Assembly: GCA_036381575.1 (NCBI GenBank)
Contig: DASVCO010000044.1
Span: 1-53,458, forward strand
Reading direction: 5' to 3'
DNA: 53,458 nucleotides
Source of the DNA: Bacillales bacterium
Lineage (GTDB): Bacteria; Bacillota; Bacilli; Bacillales; DASSOY01
This document shows positions 1 through 9,450 of this stretch, in pieces. Numbering within the stretch: the first letter of the stretch is position 1; every line of letters starts with the position of its first letter. The position numbers and the translations under genes are program-made. Under the pieces are notes generated by a model, which saw only the letters and a list, made by a program, of their open reading frames with translations, was not told the DNA's origin and searched no databases.

Positions 1-34
1 ACACTGAATGCCGGCCCGGAAAGGAGATTACACT

Positions 35-1345
35 ATGGACGAAGCTTCAACCTTTCAAATCATTATCACCATCGTCATATTTATCCTAGCTTATGCGTTT
101 ATCATCTCTGAGAAGATTAACCGGACCATCATTGCTTTGGCTGGTGCTGCCCTTATGCTGTTCTTCAACTCGGTGGAACTTCACCGTGTTTTTGTTGAAC
201 ATATGCAATGGGGCACGATCACCCTTCTGGTAGGAATGATGATTCTCGTCGGCATAACGAGCAAAACCGGTGTCTTTCAATATGCTGCTGTCAAAGCGGC
301 CAAGCTGGTGAAGGGCGATCCCATGAAGATTTTGGTTATCATGTCCCTTTTGACCGCTCTTGGTTCAGCCTTTCTTGATAACGTCACGACGGTCCTTCTG
401 ATGGTTCCTGTTACCTTTTCAATTACAAGAATTCTCGGGGTCAATCCAATTCCATTTCTGATCTCGGAGGTTTTGTTTTCCAATATCGGCGGGACAGCTA
501 CCTTAATCGGCGATCCGCCCAATATTATGATCGGCCAGGCCACAGGCCTGTCTTTTAACGACTTTCTTTTTAACCTGACCCCTGTGATTATCGTCATCGC
601 GATAGTAACTGTTGTGATTCTTTACTTTATATACCGAAAACAGATGAATGTAGATGATGACCAGAAGAAAGAATTAATGCAACTGAATGAAAAGGAATTT
701 ATCAAAGACAAATCTTTAATGATCAAATCCTTGATTGTGCTCGGATTAACCATCATTGGGTTCGTTCTTCATTCAATCACCGGAATGGACCCTGCTGTAG
801 TGGCAATGAGCGGAGCCACCCTATTAATGTTGATCGGAGTGAAAGAAGAGAGTTTTGAAGAGGTCTTTTATGACGTCGAATGGGGAACGATCTTTTTCTT
901 TGCCGGATTGTTCACCCTTGTCGGCGCGCTTGTTGATGTCGGGATTATAGATTATCTCGCTTCCAAAGCTCTTGAAGTAACCGGCGGGGACATCGCTGTG
1001 GCCTCAATGTTAATTCTTTGGGTTTCTGGAGTGGCATCCGCTACAATCGACAATATTCCATATGTGGCCACAATGATTCCATTAATTCAGGAAATGATTA
1101 ACGGGCTAGATTTGTCCAGCACCAACGAGAACGTCACAGTGTTATGGTGGTCACTGGCTCTCGGTGCATGTCTTGGCGGGAACGGGACCTTGATCGGAGC
1201 TTCAGCGAACGTGATTGTCGCCGGGATGGCATCGAAAGAAGGAGACGGCTTTACCTACATTGATTTTCTTAAGATCGGTGCCCCATTAACCCTCGTGGCA
1301 CTTCTACTTTCCACAGGCTATATTTATGTAAGGTATTTAATGTGA
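35..1345 (+). CDS. ArsB/NhaD-superfamily (citrate-transporter-like) polytopic ion permease
   Basis: The 436-aa product is highly hydrophobic with many TM segments and a central charged loop (KKELMQLNEKEFIKDK), as in two-repeat ArsB/NhaD/YbiR-type permeases. AAAGGAGA lies 7 nt upstream of the ATG at 35, so the ORF-track start at 8 is probably too early. Confidence 0.75.
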   Translation: MDEASTFQIIITIVIFILAYAFIISEKINRTIIALAGAALMLFFNSVELHRVFVEHMQWGTITLLVGMMILVGITSKTGVFQYAAVKAAKLVKGDPMKILVIMSLLTALGSAFLDNVTTVLLMVPVTFSITRILGVNPIPFLISEVLFSNIGGTATLIGDPPNIMIGQATGLSFNDFLFNLTPVIIVIAIVTVVILYFIYRKQMNVDDDQKKELMQLNEKEFIKDKSLMIKSLIVLGLTIIGFVLHSITGMDPAVVAMSGATLLMLIGVKEESFEEVFYDVEWGTIFFFAGLFTLVGALVDVGIIDYLASKALEVTGGDIAVASMLILWVSGVASATIDNIPYVATMIPLIQEMINGLDLSSTNENVTVLWWSLALGACLGGNGTLIGASANVIVAGMASKEGDGFTYIDFLKIGAPLTLVALLLSTGYIYVRYLM

Positions 1346-1378
1346 AAAAGGGCAGCGAATTGCTTCGTTGCCCTTTTT
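1346..1378 (+). terminator. Rho-independent terminator after the permease gene
   Basis: GGGCAGCGAA-ttgc-TTCGTTGCCC hairpin (one mismatch) followed by TTTTT, directly after the stop codon. Confidence 0.6.
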
Positions 1379-1581
1379 ACCATATCAGGGGAGATATCAA
1401 GATGGTAAGTATTTCGTGAAGAAGAGAAATCAACATAGAGGACACGATAAAGTTGATAGATAACCACTACTGGCCCCAAGCGGGTTTAGAAAGTAGTCTT
1501 CTCGGCTCCTCTCTATGAAGCTTTGTTGGGTACAACTAAGGCCGGATTTCGCCAACGACTTGGCGCGACCTAAGTTTTGGG

Positions 1582-2283
1582 TTATATTTCACGATTTCTG
1601 TAAAACTCATGGAATAACTTCAACAACGCCCGTTTTTCAATACGGGAGACATAGCTCCTTGAAATCCCTAATTCTCTGGCGATTTCCCTCTGGGTCCGTT
1701 CTTCCTGGTTATCAAGGCCGAATCGAGCGATGACCACCTGTTGTTCACGCTGATCAAGAATATGAATGAAACTGTAAATTTTCTTTTTCTCCATGTTTAA
1801 CTGAATCATTTCCACAATATCTTCATTGTCGGATTTCAGAACATCGATCAGCGTAATTTCATTGCCTTCTTTGTCCTGTCCTATAGGATCCTGAAGCGAC
1901 ACGTCTTTTTTCGTTTTTTTCAAGGCCCGCAAATGCATAAGGATTTCATTTTCAATACAGCGAGCGGCATATGTCGCAAGCTTCGTCCCTTTTCCCCGCG
2001 AATAACTCTCGATTCCCTTGATTAAACCAATTGTGCCGATGGATATAAGATCTTCCGTATCCTCTCCGGTGTTTTCAAATTTTTTCACAATATGCGCTAC
2101 GAGCCTCAGATTATGTTCAATTAGAATATTCCTGGCTTCTTCATCTCCCTCTTCCATTCGTTTTAAGTACTTTTTCTCTTCGTCACCGGGTAACGGCTGC
2201 GGAAACGCGTTGTTTTTCACATACGAAACAAAAACCATCACTTCTTTAAAAAAGTAAGCAATGGCCGCAAAAATACCAGACAC
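1582..2283 (-). CDS. sigK: Pro-sigma-K, late mother-cell sporulation sigma factor, encoded as one uninterrupted gene
   Basis: Near-identical over long stretches to B. subtilis SigK as I recall it ([80 protein letters not shown]). The hydrophobic pro-sequence [18 protein letters not shown] is present. The likely start is the GTG at 2283, preceded by GGAGGTGAGG. The ORF-track start at 2343 lacks an SD. Confidence 0.92.
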   Translation of the reverse strand: MSGIFAAIAYFFKEVMVFVSYVKNNAFPQPLPGDEEKKYLKRMEEGDEEARNILIEHNLRLVAHIVKKFENTGEDTEDLISIGTIGLIKGIESYSRGKGTKLATYAARCIENEILMHLRALKKTKKDVSLQDPIGQDKEGNEITLIDVLKSDNEDIVEMIQLNMEKKKIYSFIHILDQREQQVVIARFGLDNQEERTQREIARELGISRSYVSRIEKRALLKLFHEFYRNREI

Positions 2284-2408
2284 GACCTCACCTCCGTTAT
2301 TCATCCATATGTGGGCGGAGGCCTGGCCGTGTCTGTACACCAAACAAATTTAATAGGAATTTGTTTGACGGGTCAAATTTGGCAAGGATCATTCATTTCC
2401 TATGCAAA

Positions 2409-2564
2409 TTAGTACATACGGATCCATTCATCTCGTTTTCTGTTCATGTCCTCGATGATCTGGTTAATCCGAATTTGATCTTCGTAGTGTTGAGCCGCTG
2501 ACATTGATTCCCGTCTGCGAATGGAAATCGATACAGTGATCAAATACAAGTTAAGTTTTAACAT
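2409..2564 (-). CDS. Small 51-aa protein, possibly YrzI-type (Bacillus tandem small hypothetical / probable sporulation protein)
   Basis: I translated it codon by codon: MLKLNLYLITVSISIRRRESMSAAQHYEDQIRINQIIEDMNRKRDEWIRMY. AAAGGAGGAA lies 6 nt upstream of the ATG. It is below the 60-aa cutoff of the ORF track. The YrzI resemblance is from memory only. In B. subtilis yrzI lies in the same yrh neighbourhood. Confidence 0.45.
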   Translation of the reverse strand: MLKLNLYLITVSISIRRRESMSAAQHYEDQIRINQIIEDMNRKRDEWIRMY

Positions 2565-2686
2565 TCTGTCTTCCTCCTTTCGAACCGGATCCTTTCACGT
2601 CAAGCCCTTCTCCTTTGTAAGCCAGTACATGACCGCGGTTTTTGTCGCATTCATTTGACAACCTCCTTTTTCATCGTATGATTTAT

Positions 2687-2724
2687 TAAAAAAGCCGTAA
2701 GTGAAGAACACCTACGGCATTTTT
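2687..2724. terminator. Bidirectional-looking hairpin flanked by an A-run and a T-run
   Basis: AAAAAAA-GCCGTAAGTG-aagaa-CACCTACGGC-aTTTTT, a 10-bp stem with one mismatch, in the sigK / motA-like intergenic region. Confidence 0.4.
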
Positions 2725-3121
2725 AACCATAAATTGAATTTTTAAACAGCAAAAAAGACAATAAAAAACACCTCAGGTTCTATCTCGACCCCAGGCAGCT
2801 TCATTGTCTTATGTAACAACTAAGATGACTTTATTTAACGAATCCTAACGGCCGAATCGAAAAATATACGATTGTCTGCAATAAAGGCTGCTTGGTATAG
2901 ATCATTTCGTTCGACCTCCTTTTCGTAAGTAAACTTAACTTTATTTGGCAGAACCCTGAATAAAGTCAAAGCCTCTGTAGGCGCAAATACCCCAAGTCAT
3001 ACTTGATTAACAAATAGGATTATACTTCCTCTTTTCATTTTTGTAAAGCCTTTTTTGAAATAAAATTTATCGGTCAAGATTGACGTGCCGGGACATACGT
3101 TTAAGTAACGGGGGTGCTTGC

Positions 3122-4633
3122 ATGGGAAATACTACAACGGTGATTCTCGCAATTATTGGATTTATTGTGTTTTTCGGCCTTATTGCCCATTTTCAAACCG
3201 GTTATTTTCTCAAGAAATGGCTGAATGAAATTCAAAACCTTAAAACCGATGGGAAAGAATCCTTTCTCTCAACTCCATGGATCGGACAGATGGTGAAAGA
3301 ATATGAGCATTACCGGATTGCCGGTACATCGGTCAACAGCCAGGCCTTAATCGAAAAATATTTTTTCAAGCAACCAGTTCGATTGCTGGGGCTGTTCCAA
3401 ACACCTGTCGGCAACGTTGTCAAAATGCTGCAGCAGTTGCCTTCGTTTTCAATTATTATTGGAGTGCTTGGCACATTCATTGGCCTGACCATGTCAATGT
3501 TTTCAATGCAGAACATTTTATTGTCGCTGAGTGACCAGTCTTCCGTTCTATCCGTTTCCAATATCGTCTCCTCAATCAGCCAGCCGTTCCAGGGAATGAG
3601 CATCGCCTTTCTGACCAGCATAGCCGGTATCGGCGGAGCACTTTTTTTAACGATCCTGCAAGCGGGTTTCTTCTCCAAGGGGCGGGCTATTTCGTATTTA
3701 CAGGCGGAAATAGCTGCTGAATGCGAGTCTTTTCTGGACCATGAATTGAACGCGCATCTTGAGGCCCAGAAACCGCAGGATACGATGGAGAAACTGCTGG
3801 ATCGTCTCGTTGCAAAGGTAGAAGAAAGTTTCCAGAAAAGCGTGGGTAGCTTCGGTGAAAAAATGACCCATTTCACCGGTGGATTGGAGCACGCAATGGA
3901 AGAAGTGCAAAAAATCCTGACTACCCAACGGGAATACAGCGAAGCCTTTGGCGAAAGCACTGAGGCGTTGCAACAGTTCGGCGGGCGATTCTCGGAGACG
4001 GTCGAGAAACTCGGATCTGTTAATTCAGGCATGGAGCGCGGCATCCAGAAGCTTGGCGATCAAGTAAACCATTTCGAAAAGCAGCTCGGGGGATTGTTCA
4101 AAAAACGCGAAAACGATGACCGCCGGATGGAACAGGTTATTCAGCGATCCGACATGATGATGGAACAAAGCAACAAGAAGACCGAAGAGCTCGGGGAAGC
4201 CTTCCTTCATGCGATGAACCAACAAATGCAACAATACAATGACCAATACGATTCAATGGAAAGGAAAATCGGGCAGCAGCAGGATGAGTGGTATTTCCGC
4301 TATCAGGAAAAACAAGATCATTACCAGCGGGCTGCAGATGCTTTCGGAGCCTCTGTACAACAATTGGAAAAAGCCATCTACGACATGGCCGAAAAAATGA
4401 AGCGGGACCTATCCGAACAGATCAATACTGACCGCGAACGGCAATCCCGTATGCAAATGGATCGAGGCCGCGATGACATGAGAGAGGTTACCCGAGCGGT
4501 CGAATCCTTGAATCGGGATTTGCAGAATATCGAACGCTATCTGGAACAATTCTACCAGGTGGTCTTGCGTATGTATGAGGATGAGCAAAGGAAACGAGAG
4601 CCGCGGCGCATGCCTTCACAAATTATGGAGTAG
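3122..4633 (+). CDS. MotA/TolQ/ExbB-family channel protein with a long C-terminal coiled-coil tail (ZorA-like architecture)
   Basis: TM1 is VILAIIGFIVFFGLIAHF. After a roughly 90-aa loop come the family-typical TM2 (SFSIIIGVLGTFIGLTMSMF) and TM3 (MSIAFLTSIAGIGGALFLTILQAGFF). About 300 aa of E/Q/R/K/M-rich helical sequence follows, with recurring (F/L)G motifs. The likely start is the ATG at 3122 (MGNTTT), preceded by GGGGGTG. Confidence 0.75.
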   Translation: MGNTTTVILAIIGFIVFFGLIAHFQTGYFLKKWLNEIQNLKTDGKESFLSTPWIGQMVKEYEHYRIAGTSVNSQALIEKYFFKQPVRLLGLFQTPVGNVVKMLQQLPSFSIIIGVLGTFIGLTMSMFSMQNILLSLSDQSSVLSVSNIVSSISQPFQGMSIAFLTSIAGIGGALFLTILQAGFFSKGRAISYLQAEIAAECESFLDHELNAHLEAQKPQDTMEKLLDRLVAKVEESFQKSVGSFGEKMTHFTGGLEHAMEEVQKILTTQREYSEAFGESTEALQQFGGRFSETVEKLGSVNSGMERGIQKLGDQVNHFEKQLGGLFKKRENDDRRMEQVIQRSDMMMEQSNKKTEELGEAFLHAMNQQMQQYNDQYDSMERKIGQQQDEWYFRYQEKQDHYQRAADAFGASVQQLEKAIYDMAEKMKRDLSEQINTDRERQSRMQMDRGRDDMREVTRAVESLNRDLQNIERYLEQFYQVVLRMYEDEQRKREPRRMPSQIME

Positions 4634-5335
4634 GTGAGAACGGTGCGATATCGAAAAAGCTACTTCCGCGAGCAGGAGCCAAATGAGGAATATTTCTGGC
4701 CATCGTTCACCGATATGATGACCATGATGGTCCTTGTCATCCTGTTTATAGCAGTGATCGCTTTCGTACAAAGCATTTACGAAGCATACGAAGAATCCCA
4801 TGTACGGGAAGAACTAGCTCATGCTACAAATATTAAGGACCATATATCGGATATCATTCGCCAACAATTAGAGGAAGATCTCGGTGAAGACAAGGTGGTC
4901 AAAGGACCGAATGACACCATTTCAATCCAGGCGGATGTCTTATTTGATTCGGGAAGCACAAAGATCAAACCCGAAGGCAAAAAAATCCTGAATTCCGTGG
5001 CCGACGCCATCGTACAAATTATCAACCATAATAAGTTAAACCGGTATTTGAATACCATTTTGATTGAGGGCCACACAGATTCCGTACCCTATGACAACTG
5101 GACGTTGTCTACGGATCGGGCTGTGGCGGTTGTGAAATATATGTTAAAAGCCAATCCCAAGCTGGCAGAGAAGCACTATGCCAAATACCTTGCCGCCACC
5201 GGATATTCCAAATACCACCCTGTGGCAAAGGGAGATTCTCCGGAAGCCCGCAGGCAAAATCGACGCATTTCCTTCCAAATTGTACTGGACGACAGCACAT
5301 GGACACAAAGAATTAAAAAACTGATGGCCCAATAG
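4634..5335 (+). CDS. MotB/OmpA-family peptidoglycan-binding stator partner (ZorB-like)
   Basis: The N-terminal single TM carries the conserved Asp (FWPSFTDMMTMMVLVILFIAV). The OmpA-like domain motifs are present (LFDSGSTKIKPEG, IEGHTDSVPYDNWTLSTDRAVAVVKYM, RRQNRRISFQIV). The start is adjacent to the stop of the upstream gene (TAG-GTG). An alternative GTG at 4643 has better SD spacing. Confidence 0.8.
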   Translation: MRTVRYRKSYFREQEPNEEYFWPSFTDMMTMMVLVILFIAVIAFVQSIYEAYEESHVREELAHATNIKDHISDIIRQQLEEDLGEDKVVKGPNDTISIQADVLFDSGSTKIKPEGKKILNSVADAIVQIINHNKLNRYLNTILIEGHTDSVPYDNWTLSTDRAVAVVKYMLKANPKLAEKHYAKYLAATGYSKYHPVAKGDSPEARRQNRRISFQIVLDDSTWTQRIKKLMAQ

Positions 5336-5363
5336 CAGCCTGATCTGAACAAAAACAAAAAAC

Positions 5364-5381
5364 GAGGCGCCTCCGCGCCTC
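5364..5381. terminator. Bidirectional terminator between convergent genes
   Basis: Perfect hairpin GAGGCGC-ctcc-GCGCCTC, preceded by AAAAACAAAAAA and followed by a T-rich stretch. It lies between the motB-like gene (+) and the yrhC-like gene (-). Confidence 0.6.
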
Positions 5382-5383
5382 TG

Positions 5384-5638
5384 TTATATATCTTCATTTT
5401 CTAGCTGGCCCTTTAATTTCATAACCCTGCGATGAAAGAAAATAGATGAGATAAGTGCCACTACTGCTCCGGAACTCAATAACAACTGATCCTGGCCTGT
5501 CCTGCCGTCAAACGGGATCAATGAACCCATCGCCAGATAGATACTCAATACTAGCAATACCAGACTGAAATTCTTATAATCGGTGATTTTATGCTGTAAA
5601 TCTTTGAATTTCTTCTCTCCCACAAAATCCACCTCCAT
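5384..5638 (-). CDS. YrhC-like small two-TM membrane protein (paralog 1)
   Basis: Paralogous to the next gene (DYKNFSLVLLVLSIYLAMGSLIPFDGRTG versus DYKHFSAVLLFLSASLSMGAVVPFQARTG). Its position next to mccB matches yrhC in B. subtilis. The start is taken at MEVDF, preceded by GAGGT. Confidence 0.6.
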   Translation of the reverse strand: MEVDFVGEKKFKDLQHKITDYKNFSLVLLVLSIYLAMGSLIPFDGRTGQDQLLLSSGAVVALISSIFFHRRVMKLKGQLENEDI

Positions 5639-5709
5639 TTCTACCTCTCTTCTCAAGTTTAACATGATTTCGCCGTGAGTAGGTTTTCCAATTTAAGTTA
5701 TTCCCCAAT

Positions 5710-5736
5710 CAAAAAACGAAGACACACATTGTGTCC
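5710..5736 (-). terminator. Terminator after YrhC-like paralog 2
   Basis: On the minus strand, the hairpin GACACA-atg-TGTGTC is followed by TTCGTTTTTT. Confidence 0.5.
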
Positions 5737-5739
5737 CCG

Positions 5740-5979
5740 TTACGCTTGTTCTTTTTCAAATTGTTGTTTAATCCGGCCCATTTTCCGATAGAAAAGGCCT
5801 GAACCAATCATGAACGCAATTCCTGCCACGCTTAACAGCACTTCATCAAATCCAGTCCTGGCTTGAAAAGGAACAACCGCCCCCATCGACAAGGAAGCAC
5901 TCAAGAAAAGCAATACCGCGCTGAAATGTTTATAATCGTTCATTTTACTTTTGAGTTCCATCTGCTTTTTCTCGTTCAT
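5740..5979 (-). CDS. YrhC-like small two-TM membrane protein (paralog 2)
   Basis: GGAGGGA lies 6 nt upstream of the ATG. The 79-aa product has two hydrophobic segments. It sits directly downstream of mccB, as yrhC does in B. subtilis. Confidence 0.65.
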   Translation of the reverse strand: MNEKKQMELKSKMNDYKHFSAVLLFLSASLSMGAVVPFQARTGFDEVLLSVAGIAFMIGSGLFYRKMGRIKQQFEKEQA

Positions 5980-6099
5980 GTGGATTCCCTCCGTTTCTCT
6001 TAATTCAAGAGTAACACCTATTCGGTGCTTTGGAGGGCCTATCTATTGTCCGTTCAATGAATGATTTGTTACGAGGTTGTGAAAACCCGGGATCCGAAT

Positions 6100-7233
<1,134 letters not shown>

Positions 7234-8157
7234 TTACACGCCCCCTTGATAAATCTTTTTACTTAAATAACGTTCGCTTGAATCAGGAAAGACTGTAACG
7301 ATGTTTGTCCCCGGTTTCGCCGACTCTGCTTCCATTAAACATGCCTCAAGGGCTGCGCCTGAGGAACTGCCAACAAGCAATCCTTCTTTCTCCGAAAGTT
7401 CCTTCACCCGAACAAACGAACAATCATCAGAAATCGTATGAATTTCATCGAAATAGGACCGATCCATATAATCCGGCAAAAACTCCATTCCAATGCCTTC
7501 TGTTTTATGAGGGCCTGGTTCTCCGCCTTTGATTATTGAACCTTCCGGTTCTACAATAACCGTCTTGACAACGGAATTCTTCTCTTTCAGGTAACGGGCC
7601 GTTCCCATGAAGGTTCCGCCGGTTCCAGCTCCTGCTACAAATACATTGACTTTGCCGTCAGTTTGCCGCCAAATTTCCGGCCCGAGGGTTTTATAATACG
7701 TCCGCGGATTGGCAGGGTTCCCAAATTGTTGCGGCGAGTAGGAGTTCGGGATTTCTTCAAGCAGTTCTCCCGTTTTTTTGATCGCCCCACGCATTCCATC
7801 ACTTGTGGGAGTGTGAACAATCTTTGCCCCGAGCGCCTTCATCAATTCTTGTTTCTCGATGCTAAACTGTTCAGGAACGCAAAACATCACTGTAAACCCA
7901 CTGTTTACTGCTGCCAATGCAAGACCAATACCTGTATTCCCGGCAGTCGGCTCAATCACCGTGCCCCCCGGTTTTAACTTACCAGTCTCCACTGCCTCTT
8001 TTAACAATTCCACTCCTAGCCGGTCTTTGATGCTGCCACCGGGATTATAAAATTCAAGTTTCGCAAACAAGCGAACCCCTTCCGGGAGAGGAAACTTTGT
8101 AATTTCCATCAGTGGAGTATTCCCAATTAACTCGTGAACATCTCGATAATAGTCCAT
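7234..8157 (-). CDS. mccA: O-acetylserine-dependent cystathionine beta-synthase (CysK/CBS fold)
   Basis: ELIGNTPL...LEFYNPGGSIKDR...GNTGIGLA...GTGGT motifs of the PLP-dependent cysteine synthase family. AGGTGG lies 7 nt upstream of the ATG at 8157. The stop abuts the mccB start. Confidence 0.85.
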   Translation of the reverse strand: MDYYRDVHELIGNTPLMEITKFPLPEGVRLFAKLEFYNPGGSIKDRLGVELLKEAVETGKLKPGGTVIEPTAGNTGIGLALAAVNSGFTVMFCVPEQFSIEKQELMKALGAKIVHTPTSDGMRGAIKKTGELLEEIPNSYSPQQFGNPANPRTYYKTLGPEIWRQTDGKVNVFVAGAGTGGTFMGTARYLKEKNSVVKTVIVEPEGSIIKGGEPGPHKTEGIGMEFLPDYMDRSYFDEIHTISDDCSFVRVKELSEKEGLLVGSSSGAALEACLMEAESAKPGTNIVTVFPDSSERYLSKKIYQGGV

Positions 8158-8168
8158 GATTTCGCCAC

Positions 8169-9422
8169 CTAATCTATTTGCCAACTGTCCTGATATTGCT
8201 CTTGCTCCCTGGTTAGGGTATCGATATCTATGCCTAGTGCCTCCAATTTAAACTGTGCAACTTTTTGATCAAGTTCATAAGGCACATCCAGTACACAGGC
8301 GCCGATTTTTGCGTAGTTTTCATTGACATAAGCCAGCGAAGCCGCCTGCAGGGCAAAGGTCATATCCATAATTTCCGCCGGATGGCCGTCGCCTGCGGAC
8401 AAATTAACAAGTCGGCCTTCCGCAAGCAAATACAATTTCCGTCCGTCCTTCAATTCGAATTCCTCGATATCTTTTCGGACCGTACGGCTTGAGACAGCCA
8501 GCTCATTCAGTTCCGGCTTATTAATTTCAATATCGAAATGGCCGGCATTAGCCAAAATCGCACCGTCTTTCATATTAGCCATGTGTTCTCCGCGGATAAC
8601 ATCCCTGTTACCGGTCACTGTGACGAAATAATCGCCGTGTTTTGCCGCTTCGCTCATTGTCATGACCTCGAAACCATCCATATAGGCTTCAATTGCTTTA
8701 ATGCTGTCCACTTCTGTGACAATAACTTTGGCACCCAATCCTTTGGCACGCATGGCAACACCGCGTCCACACCAGCCATAGCCGGTTACAACAACTGTTT
8801 TACCCGCTACAATCAAGTTTGTAGTCCGATTAATGCCATCCCATACGGATTGTCCCGTACCATAACGATTGTCGAATAAATACTTGCAGTAGGCATCATT
8901 AACCGCGATCATCGGGAATTTCAGTTCCCCGGTTTTTTCAAGAGCACGGTTCCGAATGACCCCGGTTGTTGTCTCTTCACATCCGCCGCGGAGCTTTTCC
9001 AACAGGTCCTGGCGCTCGGAATGAAGAATTGTAACAAAGTCCCCGCCGTCATCAATAATCAAATCAGGGTTGATATCCAATGTTTTCATCAGGTGTTCCT
9101 TGTACTCGTCGGGAGACGGATTATATTTCGCAAAAACTGTAAGTCCATCCTCAACGAGTGCTGCGGCTATATCATCCTGGGTTGACAATGGGTTGCTCCC
9201 GGTGATTGCCACTTCAGCCCCCCCGGCTTTGACAACTTTTGCAAGATAAGCAGTTTTGGCTTCCAAATGTAAGGAAATAGCAACCTTTAAACCTTTAAAA
9301 GGCTGTTCTTTTTCAAACTGTTCCCGAATGCGGTTTAATACCGGCATATGTTCTTTTACCCAATCAATCTTTAAATGGCCTTCTTTAGCCAGGCTCATAT
9401 CGCGGACAATACTGTTTTCCAT
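8169..9422 (-). CDS. ahcY: Short-form adenosylhomocysteinase-family hydrolase (SAH or S-inosylhomocysteine hydrolase)
   Basis: Family motifs are present: [27 protein letters not shown], the NAD-binding [12 protein letters not shown], and GHFDIEI. The 417-aa length is typical of the short archaeal/Firmicute form. Confidence 0.88.
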   Translation of the reverse strand: MENSIVRDMSLAKEGHLKIDWVKEHMPVLNRIREQFEKEQPFKGLKVAISLHLEAKTAYLAKVVKAGGAEVAITGSNPLSTQDDIAAALVEDGLTVFAKYNPSPDEYKEHLMKTLDINPDLIIDDGGDFVTILHSERQDLLEKLRGGCEETTTGVIRNRALEKTGELKFPMIAVNDAYCKYLFDNRYGTGQSVWDGINRTTNLIVAGKTVVVTGYGWCGRGVAMRAKGLGAKVIVTEVDSIKAIEAYMDGFEVMTMSEAAKHGDYFVTVTGNRDVIRGEHMANMKDGAILANAGHFDIEINKPELNELAVSSRTVRKDIEEFELKDGRKLYLLAEGRLVNLSAGDGHPAEIMDMTFALQAASLAYVNENYAKIGACVLDVPYELDQKVAQFKLEALGIDIDTLTREQEQYQDSWQID

Positions 9423-9450
9423 TTTGATAAGTCACACTCCTGTGTTCGGA

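Noticed and set aside
3310-4246. Minus-strand ORFs (244, 91 and 73 aa) inside the motA-like gene
   Set aside because: They are antisense shadows of a gene with clear family motifs, and they have no independent support.
3122-5335. Interpreting the MotA/MotB-like pair as a flagellar stator (MotAB/MotPS)
   Set aside because: Flagellar MotA/MotP proteins have four TM segments and a large cytoplasmic loop rather than a roughly 300-aa C-terminal coiled coil. No flagellar genes are nearby. I kept the call as ZorAB-like or unknown, but this needs HMM confirmation.
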